Assembly: GCA_964187785.1 (NCBI GenBank)
Contig: OZ076409.1
Location: 14,448,001 to 14,512,000, forward strand
Direction: 5' to 3'
Length of the DNA: 64,000 nucleotides
Origin: Amphiscolops sp. MND2022
Taxonomy: Eukaryota
Within the stretch, counting starts at the first letter, position 1. Each line of letters begins with the position of its first letter. The position numbers and the translations under genes are program-made. Below the pieces are notes generated by a model, which was not told the DNA's origin, made no database searches, and was given only the letters and a program-made list of their open reading frames with translations. Of this stretch, positions 51,782 to 62,682 are shown in pieces.

Positions 51782-53198
51782 TGTTACGACTACCTAACGG
51801 AGTGTTATTTTAGGTAGTCGTTTTAATTTTTTATGGATGTTGATGTAGGTGCAATGAATATGTTTAAGGTTTTTCTGACTTCGAGTTTTCATATTTGAGT
51901 TGAGACAAGGAGATTGAAAGAATTTGAATTTCCAAAATCGTTTCAACAACGGAATAAAACAATGCAACAATGATCACTATTAACTAGCTGATTTAATTTA
52001 CAAAACAAACATATTTATACTTTCCTAGCATCATTTGTCCCTCACCTAAAAATTCCTAGGTATCATAAAAATCGGGTTTGTTCATGCAAAAACCCAGTTG
52101 ATTCATATTATTTCAGTCCCGCGTCACTAAATCAGGCATCGAAATTCCTAGTCGCGTCAACCTTCCGTAATATATGTTGAAATCATTTTTGTTCAAACGA
52201 TACACTTCCTGTTTCAGCGTCAAAATGGCGGCAAAATGAGAGCCTGCTTGATATTTTCATCGACGGTGGCACGCCGGCGTGATCAATTAGTCAATTTCCA
52301 AGTTGGGAATCCAAATATTCAAGATAAAAGTATGACTAGCAAAAATGGCAACGCAACTAAAACGGAGCAAATAATTTTGAGAGCGGAAACATTTGTATAC
52401 TGATGAAAAGGAACAAATGATACCGGAATAACAGATTCAAATTATTGCCATTATTATTAGCACGAACATAAAACGACATAAATATATCTAAGCTAAACAT
52501 ACAATCACATAAATACTAAAACAACGGAGACCATTCGGTCAACAAATTCCACACTTGAGAAAACGCTAATCAGAACATCGATTAGTGACATTAACACGTT
52601 ATTACTTCGATTGACAATTTCGATTTCATAGTATAAATGCAGAACACTCAATGAAAATATAAGTATAAACTTCATTCAAAATAAAATATCCATCAATATG
52701 ACGTTGCCCTTACGTTGCATTCTTTTCAGAAAATCTTTGAATTTCATCAATTCCTGCAGAAATTTCCTACTAAATTGTTTCTAGGACCCTAATTTGATAA
52801 TTACAAACTTACAATTTGCTCCGTAAGCGCTCCGTACGTATTAAAATTAGGTATAGCTTTAGAATTTTACAATTTGCTCCGTAAGCGCTCCGTACGTATT
52901 AGGATTAGTTATAGCAAACTGGCGGCTGACAATCTTACAATTTGCTCCGTAAGCGCTCCGTACGTAATAAAATTAGATAGAGCTGACCAGCGGTTTACGG
53001 AGACGTTATGTTGTTGCGCATTAGAAAATCATTCCAATTGTCTGATTAGTGACGTCACAAAATCATTTCAAATAATAACGTACTGCTAGCGTGGCTGTGT
53101 CGATGACGTCACAAAAAGCATTCCAATTAGTTCACACCAGTATATTTAATCAAAACAATCGCGTTTAAAGCGATAACAGCCGGGAGCGGGCTGCGACA
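51782..53198 (-). repeat. 3' LTR
   Basis: TGTTAC...GCGACA on the plus strand; near-identical to 54766-56192. Confidence 0.92.
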
Positions 53199-54765
53199 GG
53201 ACCACTCGGGAAGGAAAGAAGACGTAATGCGGATTTTTGTCGTTTCACTTCTTTCTTAGATCAGCGAGGATTCTCAATTTCCGACCGATATTCGTAGTCT
53301 TTTGGGGTCAGTACTTTCACAGAATTCCTATTTGTTATTGTTCTTCCTTCGTTGCGGTTCGCCTGAATTTTTGAAAGCGTTTTGCTTCCGTCTGCGCTGT
53401 TATTGGCCGAAACGTGAATAAAAACTTTCTGATTTTCATTCTCCGTTTCTTCTTCAGCTACGTCGTTATGACGTTGTCAATCCTTTCCGAAGCAATTACG
53501 TCGATGTGACGTCACTGTTTTCAAAGTGCTTTTCTTGATTCTTTCTTTCAGTTGTTCTTTTCTTTTATGTTGTTTCGAAGAAACTTCTGCTGTTTTCAAT
53601 GGGAGACGCCGAAATTGTTCGTTCTACTGCTGTTCCTGTGGCAGGCTTTGTTGTTGGAAACGGGATAAACTACAACTACCCCGACGATGACGTTGTTCTC
53701 TCGGAGGTGGAATTTGCACTCGTTGCTTCAGGTTGGTAAAATCTTTCTGACTTCCATGGGTTGTTGGACTATTGTTTTGGTGATCAGCCTTTGAGTCCTA
53801 CCCGATTACCTGACGCGTCTGAATCCAGATCTTGATTTTCAGTAACTCAACCTGACACTTCGGCAGTTGTTCCTTTTGGGATTTCCGACGTGTTTCGTCC
53901 GTCCGGCACAACAACGTCGCCTTCCTTTTCCACCTTCTTGGCTACCAACCTCGGCCAAATTGTAACTGAAGTAGCTCCCGATGTCATTTCTCTCAGTTCT
54001 TTTTCTTTTACTGTTGCTGTCGAATGAGAAGAATTCATAGTCCCAAGTCCTGGATTTCTGTCCCAGTCGCCCCACGTCAGCCTTCCGTTCATGAAGATAT
54101 TCTTTCGTTCGCTGCTCAGTGTTATACTGATCCGGTTAAAATTTGCTACATCTCGTTCGAGCGAGATGTTTCCCCCCTGGTTTGGAATAAAACTCACAGA
54201 GATATAGTCTTTCATTTCATTCTGTACTGGCTCAGTGATCTGTGGGTGTATTACGGAACGTTTTCGGAGAGTTGTGTAACGTAGAAAACACGGTAACAAG
54301 GATTGCTTGTGATTGCTAGGAGGCATTCCTGCATTTCATTTATCAGTCGACAAGTAAAATAGTTTCAGGGAGTTTTTCCACTGTCTTGATTATCACGTCA
54401 TGCAGTCGTTGGCATGGAGTCTTCAGTCGGGGACGAATTAGGTGAAAAAAATTGAAGGTACTTTGTTCCATTTTTCTGGAGAAAGTAATAATTACACGAG
54501 TCCTTTTCGACCACAATCACATGTTCAATGCTGGCACAATTTTTGAAGGTGAATTTCTGTTACTGACTGCTCATTTTCGAGGTCAAAACGTAACCCTTAT
54601 TGTTCCATGCCAGAGTAATCACTTACGATTTCAGTTCGTAATCTCTTCGCTATCCGAGTTCCAATTGAATTCGGCTGTCGTCCTCCTTGCTTCTGTTCTG
54701 TTCCTGTTGCGCATCTCTTGATGATGATTTGGTCGTTCGTGGAATCGTTTTAACTCCTGTCACCA

Positions 54766-56192
54766 TGTTACACCATGTCACCAAACGGAGTGTCATTTTA
54801 GGTAGTCGTTTTAATTTTTTATGGATGTTGATGTAGATGCAATGAATATATTTTAGGGTTTTTCTGACTTCGAGTTTTCATATTTGAGTTGAGACAAGGA
54901 GATTGAAAGAATTTGAATTTCCAAAATAGTTTCAACAACGGAGTAAAACAATGCAACAATGATCACTATTAACTATATTAACTAGCTGATTTAACTTACA
55001 AAACAAACATATTTATACTTTCCTAGCATCATTTGGTCCTCACCTAAAAATTCCTATGTATCATAAAAATCGGGTTTGTTCATGCAAAAACCCAGTTGAT
55101 TCATATTATTTCAGTCCCGCGTCACTAAATCAGGCATCGAAATTCCTAGTCGCGTCAACCTTCCGTAATATATGTTGAAATCATTTTTGTTCAAACGATA
55201 CACTTCCTGTTTCAGCGTCAAAATGGCGGCAAAATGAGAGCCTGCTTGATATTTTCATCGACGGTGGCAAGCCGGCGTGATCAATTAGTCAATTTCCAAG
55301 TTGGGAATCCAAATATTCAAGATAAAAGTATGACTAGCAAAAATGGCAACGCAACTAAAACGGAGCAAATAATTTTGAGAGCGGAAACATTTGTATACTG
55401 AAGAAAAGGAACAAATGATACCGGAATAACAGATTCAAATTATTGCCATTATTATTAGCACGAACATAAAACGACATAAATATATCTAAGCTAAACATAC
55501 AATCACATAAATTCTAAAACAACGGAGACCATCCGGTCAACAAATTCCACACTTGAGAAAACGCTAATCAGAACATCGATTAGTGACATTAACACGTTAT
55601 TACTTCGATTGACAATTTCGATTTCATAGTATAAATGCAGAACACTCAATGAAAATATTAGTAAAACTTCATTCAAAAGAAAATATCCAATAATATGACG
55701 TTGCCCTTACGTTGCATTCTTTTCAGAAAATCTTTGAAATTCATCAATTCCTACAGAAATCTCCTACTAAAGTGTTCCTAGGACCCTAATTTGATAATTA
55801 CAATCTTATAATTTGCTCCGTAAGCGCTCCGTACGTATTAAAATTAGGTATAGCTTTAGAATTTTACAATTTGCTCCGTAAGCGCTCCGTACGTATTAAG
55901 ATTAGTTATAGCAAACTGGCGGCTGACAATCTTACAATTTGCTCCGTAAGCGCTCCGTACGTAATAAAATTAGCTATAGCTGACCAGCGGTTTACGGAGA
56001 CGTTACGTTGCGCATTAGAAAATTGTTCCAATTGTCTGATTAGTGACGTCACAAAATCTTTCCAAATAATAACGTACTGCTAGCGTGGCTGAGTCGATGA
56101 CGTCAAAAAAAGCATTCCAATTAGTTCACACCAGTATATTTAACCAAAACAATCACGTTTAAAGCGATAACAGCCGTGATCGGGCTGTGACA
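54766..56192 (-). repeat. 5' LTR
   Basis: TGTTAC...GTGACA on the plus strand; adjacent to the PBS on the minus strand. Confidence 0.92.
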
Positions 56193-56343
56193 CTTGATTC
56201 TTTTTTTGAGTTTTTCAAGAACTGGGAACACTAAAACGCTAGATTTGGCAACATTTTTTCGAGCGAAAGGCTACGTTTTCGAAAAATTTTCTGAAAACAC
56301 TAAAAACTTATAGTGAAGAGCGAAAAAACAGAAACAATTATTG

Positions 56344-57057
56344 CCAGATTGATTTTCCTCATAGCATGGCAAGATCTTGGCAAGATCTTGGAACAATCTT
56401 GGCTAAGATCTTGTCAAGATCTTGCCATGGTATTCATTTTGGCATGGTCAGATCGTATCAAGAGAGTCATGTTCCCAAGAAAAATTTTCTTGTATTTCAA
56501 TGACGTAATTTGTTGAAGTCAAAAGATTTAAAATCCTATTTGGCTAAAAAAAATCTGAGATGAAGTCAACAGAAATCAACACCTATGCAGAATTATATTG
56601 TTAGACATGTCAATTTTTTTGTTACCAAGGTAAAAAATTTGATTGAAGAGTCCCGATGCTGTTTATTTAGACTGTTAAAATGTTAAAATTAAGCCTCGAG
56701 CTGCATCACCACCCGAACCGGGCAACAACCACCATTACGTTATTGTAATTTTTCGCACATTTTTGCATGCAAGTTTATTTCAGCGGGGTGAAGCATTTTG
56801 ATTATGAAAACGAGTAAAAATAGTCGTTGTTGGGTGAAATTAGCCTTTAGATTGAGTGTCGGTTGCTTGTACCGAAGGTATAGTGTTCTTTCTAATCTTC
56901 AGTCCTTCGTGATAAGTTACGATCTTGGAATAATGTATTATCTTAGAAGATTTTAATAAGAGCCTTGCCATGGGATCCATGGTTGCCAAGATATAGTAAG
57001 TATTTGGCAAGCTCTTGCCAAGACAGCCAAGATGCTAGTAAGAGGGTCAACCTCGGC
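56344..57057. mobile_element. MITE-like element with CAAGATCTTG repeats
   Basis: Cluster of CAAGATCTTGG palindromic units at 56368-56430 and related units at 56964-57035, ending GTCAACCTCGG; related CTTGCAAG clusters at 5378-5470 and 59255. Confidence 0.5.
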
Positions 57058-59574
57058 GGGGTTCATTTTTCATTTGTTTTTTTTTTAGTTTTATTATTTT
57101 TCGCCCATAATACCTCATGGGATAAGAAAATCACTAACTTAGTCGCGTTTTTCTTCTCGAAAATTTTTCATGTTCGAATTTATACCCAAAGTGAGGTTCA
57201 CCCAGAGATTTCAACTGACATTAACTTAGTTTCGTGCGATATGTATTTATTGAAAGTTTAGAGTTTTTTGGTTGTTCACAAAAAGACACCAAAAATAGTT
57301 AAAAATTCCAAACTTTCCAAATTTAGACGCTTTTCATGAAATTTTTAAAAACTTTGAAAGATTTTGTCAATTATAAAGTTTTAAAATATCAACGACGAAA
57401 AAACGAGCTAGGCAGTACACTTTTTTGGATGAGAATTTTACAGTTTTTTGCTGAACAATAACTCAGTATGATACAAAACAGTCAATAAATCCAAAATTAT
57501 TCAGATTTCGACAATTATATCCTGTTTTTGTAAAATCGTCGAACGATTTCGTGGATTAGAACGTTAAACACGTTCAACAATGAACCAACACGTGCTTCAG
57601 TCAGTTTTTTGAAGATACATCTGCAGTTTCTTTTACAAACGTGTCTCCAAAACATCCCAAAAAAAAGTTCATTTTTTGATGCAAAGCTTATGAAATTTTT
57701 GGAAACTTTCGTTAATTATATTGTTAAAATTATTCGAAAACAAGTAAATTTGTTATATAGAACAGTTTTGGAAGAAACAGGTGCAGTTTTTTCCCTCAAG
57801 TCAATCCAAAAAAGGTCCAAAAATCCAAATAATTTTGATTGTACATTTTTAAAGTTAAATTTTCGTCACTATTGTGAACAATTTTGTGTGTACAAAGATT
57901 TAAATACTCAAGCATGACCAAACTGGTTATCCAGTACAATTTTTTGAAGAGATTACTGCAGTTTCTGGTTGGAACAGTGCCTCAAGTACAACCCAAAGGA
58001 GACAAAATCCAAAAATACCCTTTCGGTAGGCAATTTAGGTCAGAATTTTGTTCAATGTTTGAAACTTTTCGAAGATAAGAATTTCCATTGACCTGGTTTT
58101 TGGAACAAAAGTCTAATCAGTACTCTATTTAGCAAAGAAAGTGGGAACTTTTGTCGGGAAAGATTTTCGAAATGACACCAAAATTTCAAAGTTTTTGACA
58201 ACATACTCCCAATTTTCGAAAGTGTTTGAATGTCTGCCTAACTTAGAAAAACTACCAGCATTGAAAAATTGGCTATCAGTACGCGTTTCAAAAGATTAGT
58301 CGGGAAAAAATTGTCATAAAAGTACCATAAAGTTTCCTCAAAAATGTGAAATTTTTTGAGTTATTTTTTGTCGAAAGTAAAAATACGCAACAACATTCTA
58401 TTTTAAGACCTTTTAATCTACTTTTTCCATAACACAAAGCGAGCCTCGAAGTAATTCATCAGTTCAATTTAAAAATAGCAAGTCATAAACTGATTATCGA
58501 AAATGTAAATTGCTGGTATTACTATATTATCTTTTCCATGTTTCAATCATACTCCAATGCACAAAGGACCAAACGTAGACACACCCCTTGAGCGAATTTA
58601 ATAATCACTCGCTGTCGTCATTTCATAAATTATCGGAGGGTTTTCAATTATTCCAAAAATACAATGTATATTGCTTGCTTGTAGGAAAAGTAGTATGATG
58701 CGCCCACTAATGAGTAAGCCCAGAGCTGGGAGAAATTGAATACCACGACGATTTTTTTGGATCAGATAAAAAACCCCATTTCTCATTTTTTTTTCAATCG
58801 GTATTTGAAGGTGTAGGATAATGACGTTACGCTTTCAATGACGTCATTATGTGAACAAAATGGAAAAAAAGTTACAAGCATGCAGAAAAAAATTCATGGT
58901 GAAAATGGCATAAGTGGTTGCTTCACTGTTGACCATGTCAAGACAACCATTGACTGATTTGAAATGTTTGGCTGATAAATCGAAGCTTTTTTAAATTTAA
59001 CTTTTCTCATTTTTTCACAGCTGGTTTAAAGAGGAAAAAAGGTTTGAGAGAGAAAGAGTTTCCTTTTCGTCCAAAAAGTTAAAGTTGAGATTGTGGAAAT
59101 GGTACCATTTATCGCTTCATATATTTTTTGATTCACAGGCTGCACCGACTTTTTCTCAAAAATTCCTCCTGTCGAACGACGGAACATTTGTGAGATTTTT
59201 ATGAGAATTTATGCATCTTTTGTATCATATTCAGCTGGAATTTGCAAATCCTATAAGAATCTTGCAAGAAGTAGTGTCAAATCATGCATTTCGTTACAGG
59301 ATTCTCGCGAAAAATGTGTAGTATTTCAACTAGAGTTCGGTTGCTATTTTAATGGAGCAATGGATATATCGTTTTCAAACGACAACAGTAGTATACGAAT
59401 TCCCGATTCGGGCCAGTCAAATATTTTTTTTAAAAAAATGTTGATTATTTTTTAAAAGAAAATCAACGTTTTTTTCACAACTAACTGTTAAAAAATAACC
59501 AAGGCAAACCATCTAAAAATCAGCTTTTTTTCACAAATGAAAAATTAACAAAATTGATGAAAAATAACTATTAA

Positions 59575-59970
59575 ATGAATTATTTATCATTCAAAGAATT
59601 TGTTAATAAATATGGATTAAAAAATGAAGCAACTTCCAATGTAGAAATAAAAGAAATCTTAAAACTCATGAACACATCTTGTGGAATATATATGAGAGAT
59701 GATAAATTTATAACCACCAGTGGTATAGTTAACTTACATCCAACTAAAGGAACACATTGGGTTATGTTTACAAACCAAAACTATTTCGATTCATATGGCT
59801 GTCCACGACCACTAAATATAACAAAACAAATCAATAATGGTATCTATTCAGAATATCAAATCCAGAAAGACGACAGTTATTGTACAGCTTATTGTTTGTA
59901 TGTGTTATATCTTACACAAATTATAGGCTTTAAAAATGCAGTTTTAAACTTATACTACCAAAATTTATAA
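59575..59970 (+). CDS. Adenain-like (adenoviral-type) cysteine protease, virion maturation
   Basis: GIVNL...GTHWV (His), YFDSYG (Asp), QIQ (oxyanion Gln), SYCTAYCLYVL (Cys). Confidence 0.93.
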   Translation: MNYLSFKEFVNKYGLKNEATSNVEIKEILKLMNTSCGIYMRDDKFITTSGIVNLHPTKGTHWVMFTNQNYFDSYGCPRPLNITKQINNGIYSEYQIQKDDSYCTAYCLYVLYLTQIIGFKNAVLNLYYQNL

Positions 59971-59977
59971 TTATTAA

Positions 59978-60160
59978 ATGAAGAAAATTGATAATTATTC
60001 AGCTCAATTTAAAATTATTCAAAAACCAATGAATACCAATGAGAATCAATTTGATGAGAAAGTAATAGAAAAAAATAATCCAAAAAAGAAATTATCAAAA
60101 CAAAACCAAGAATTCATAAATAAGATATCCGCAAGTGGATTTAAACAATTTTTCTCCTAA
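59978..60160 (+). CDS. Small basic hypothetical viral protein (60 aa)
   Basis: Fills the space between protease and minor capsid genes exactly; TAAATG start; Lys-rich. Confidence 0.65.
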   Translation: MKKIDNYSAQFKIIQKPMNTNENQFDEKVIEKNNPKKKLSKQNQEFINKISASGFKQFFS

Positions 60161-60163
60161 TAA

Positions 60164-61193
60164 ATGGATCTATCAAATTTTGTAACCTATGATAAAAAAG
60201 AATCTCTTTTATTGAGTATTGCAAAATCTAATCAAGAAATTGTTGAAAATACCTTATCCAAACCTCAGGAAACTCTAGAATTTAAAATGAATAAACAAAA
60301 AGAATCTTTTTCATTTGATATTCCACTAGACTTACCAGAACAATGGATGATGGGAGTAACAAGTTTAGAAGTATACAACACCATATATAACATTACTGAA
60401 AAGAACAATAAACTTAAACTTTTTACTACAGAACAAAACTTAAAAGAATATAAATTTGCAACTGAATTTATACCAAAGATAAAAAATTTATATGAAACCT
60501 CTGATATAGAAGAAATTAAAAAACTTATAAATGATGTTAAATATAAAATGGTTATATTTCCTGAAAATTATTATGATGAATTAGAGAAAATAATTGATCA
60601 AATTAATCAAAATATCAAAGATAAAACAAATATTCTTGATCTTAATGGTATTGGATCTGTATCTAATTGCTTGGGAATAGAAATACCACCAGGAGCATAT
60701 GAATTAATTGATATAAATAATGTCATCCAACAAGAACTTATTAATTCTTGTGGTTCTCTTCTTGATTCTGATCTTAACATCAACATAGAAGCAGACACAA
60801 TATCAATGAAATCAATTTTAAAAACCACAAATCCCATTTATTTTAATTCAGAATTAAATAAACTTCTAGGATTTACAAAAACCGACTACACAGCAGGAAC
60901 TCATATATCAGAAAAACCAGTTATGATAACAACTACAGACAAAGTTCATCTTAAATGTGATTGTGTAGATGGTTCAATTGTTAATGGGATTAGAGAACCA
61001 ATTTTATTTTCATTTAATCTTAGTGCTCCTCCCGGATATAAAATTATAAAAGAACCCAATATTATTTTGTATAGAAAAAATAAACAAAACAAGGTTAGAT
61101 AGTATTCAATTTTTCCTTGAGGATAACAATCATAACCCAGTTGATTTCAACGGGGAGACATTAACAATTACAATTCAAATCATCAAGCTTTAA
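60164..61193 (+). pseudogene. Polinton minor capsid (penton-like) protein, frameshifted near the C-terminus
   Basis: WMMGVTSLEVYNTIYNITEKNN, EIPPGAYELIDIN, LNKLLGF, VHLKCDCVDGSIVNG...ILFSF...PPGYKI. After the A-run at 61075-61080 another frame gives KINKTRLDSIQFFLEDNNHNPVDFNGETLTITIQIIKL* ending at 61193. Confidence 0.82.
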
Positions 61194-61202
61194 TATAAAT
61201 AA

Positions 61203-61604
61203 ATGAGCTTTAATAAATTTAAAAATAATTCATATTGTGTTGGTGGAAAACATTATTCCACTACCATAAATATTCGTGGCGATATTACTCAAAACAAAAA
61301 AACAGGAGCACCTGTTAAATTATTAGGAGGTACTTGTTCCTCTTGTAAAAGAAATAAACCACTTATAGTATCTGAACAAACTATTCAAGCAGAAGGATTG
61401 GGTAATTTTTTTAAACATTTGGGCTCTGCAGCCAAGAATGTCGGAAAGAAAATACTCAATATTCCTGGAAGAGCATTAGAGCTAGCAGCAAATATTGGAA
61501 CTGCAGCAGCAGATAAAAATCCTCGAATGATAGCTGCAACTGCTCCTGATATTATGAAATTTGTTCATCAAGGGAAAGGTCTGTATTTAGGTAAAATTCA
61601 TTAA
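61203..61604 (+). CDS. Putative virion core / membrane-active protein (zinc-ribbon-like N-terminus plus amphipathic helix)
   Basis: YCVGGKH...GTCSSC, then EGLGNFFKHLGSAAKNVGKKILN, and C-terminal GKGLYL. Confidence 0.7.
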   Translation: MSFNKFKNNSYCVGGKHYSTTINIRGDITQNKKTGAPVKLLGGTCSSCKRNKPLIVSEQTIQAEGLGNFFKHLGSAAKNVGKKILNIPGRALELAANIGTAAADKNPRMIAATAPDIMKFVHQGKGLYLGKIH

Positions 61605-61638
61605 TTAAATTTAAATTCAAAATTATTATGATTAATAA

Positions 61639-62629
61639 ATGTATTCAATTCATAATCGAGATGATTTAGAAAAATTTAAAAAAATTGCAAGAATCCAAAT
61701 CTTTAATAAAAGCTGAAAGATTAAAACAACTCCTAGGGAAGCAAGACTTTCATTACGATATGGAAGAAGTTTTTGAACCTGTTACGGAAAATCAGAAAAA
61801 AAGTCAAAACCAAACCAAGTTAGAATCTGAAAAACAATTACAAGAGTTACGTGATTCTACTCAAACTACAGCACAAGCAATACGAGAATCGAGTAACGCT
61901 TTGAATAAAAATTTACAAAAATCGATTAAAGAATATGATGAAATTACTTACCGTAATAATCAACTTGTTACAGATCTTGTTAATTCAAACCAAGTTGATT
62001 CTAGTATCGTTAAGACAGTTTCTAATTTACCTAATGACAAAAACTAAAGTCAATTTAGTTTAGAACCTGTTACGCAAAGCGCCTTCGGTGAAGGTAATCC
62101 AAATTTATTCACAATTAACCCTACTAATCCCCAACAAGTATTAATTAAAGGTTCAACGATGACTTTCCAGAATGATAACACGTATAATTTAAATGATCCC
62201 GATCTTCAATATTTTATGACTAATACACAAACAGATAAAGAAATACAAAACGAGAATCTAATTCATTCTTTTCTGAATGATATGAAATATAATTTAAATT
62301 ATGGAGATAAAAAATCAAAGAGATATTATTTTATTAAAGATTTGATTAATCAATATAAGTATAGTGAGATCCCTTATCGAGAGATCCCTTATCGAGACTC
62401 CCCATGGGGAAGTGGATTAAATTTTGTTTTTCTTCCATCTGATCTTAATGAACTTGTAGATCAATTAAAACTACTTTATTTTGAAAAAGTAGGAGGAAAT
62501 GATAACCCTATGCTTAATGAACAAATTATAGCAATTGCAGATAAATTATTACAGTACCAATGCATTACAACAAATCAACATCAAAACATTCTTTCAGCTT
62601 TTACTAAAAAGGATCAGTTTGTGGATTAA
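61639..62629 (+). pseudogene. Conserved Polinton-type protein (coiled-coil N-terminus, C-terminal FLPSD...GND domain), one frameshift and one stop
   Basis: MYSIHNRDDLEKFKK joins ORF 61685 across the A-run at 61678-61684; ORFs 61685-62047 and 62159-62629 are in one frame across TAA 62045-62047; C-terminal GSGL...FLPSDLNELVDQLKLL...GGNDN...EQIIAIADKLL. Confidence 0.75.
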
Positions 62630-62682
62630 AGGTTTTATACTCCGGATTAGATTCATTACATATTTTTTTACCTACTCCCATT

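Larger units (their letters stand above)
51782..56192 (-). mobile_element. Complete non-autonomous LTR retrotransposon (two ~1.42-kb LTRs, 1.57-kb internal region without recognisable gag/pol)
   Basis: Direct repeats 51782-53198 and 54766-56192 with TG...CA ends, about 3% divergent by eye; minus-strand PBS TGGTGACAGGAGT at 54765-54753; flanks CATGA / CTTGA (5-bp TSD, one mismatch). Confidence 0.92.

Noticed and set aside
51044..57061. One large element bounded by CCGGGTTGAC and GTCAACCTCGG enclosing the LTR element
   Set aside because: The right end has a closer degenerate partner near 56344 and no TSD supports the long pairing.
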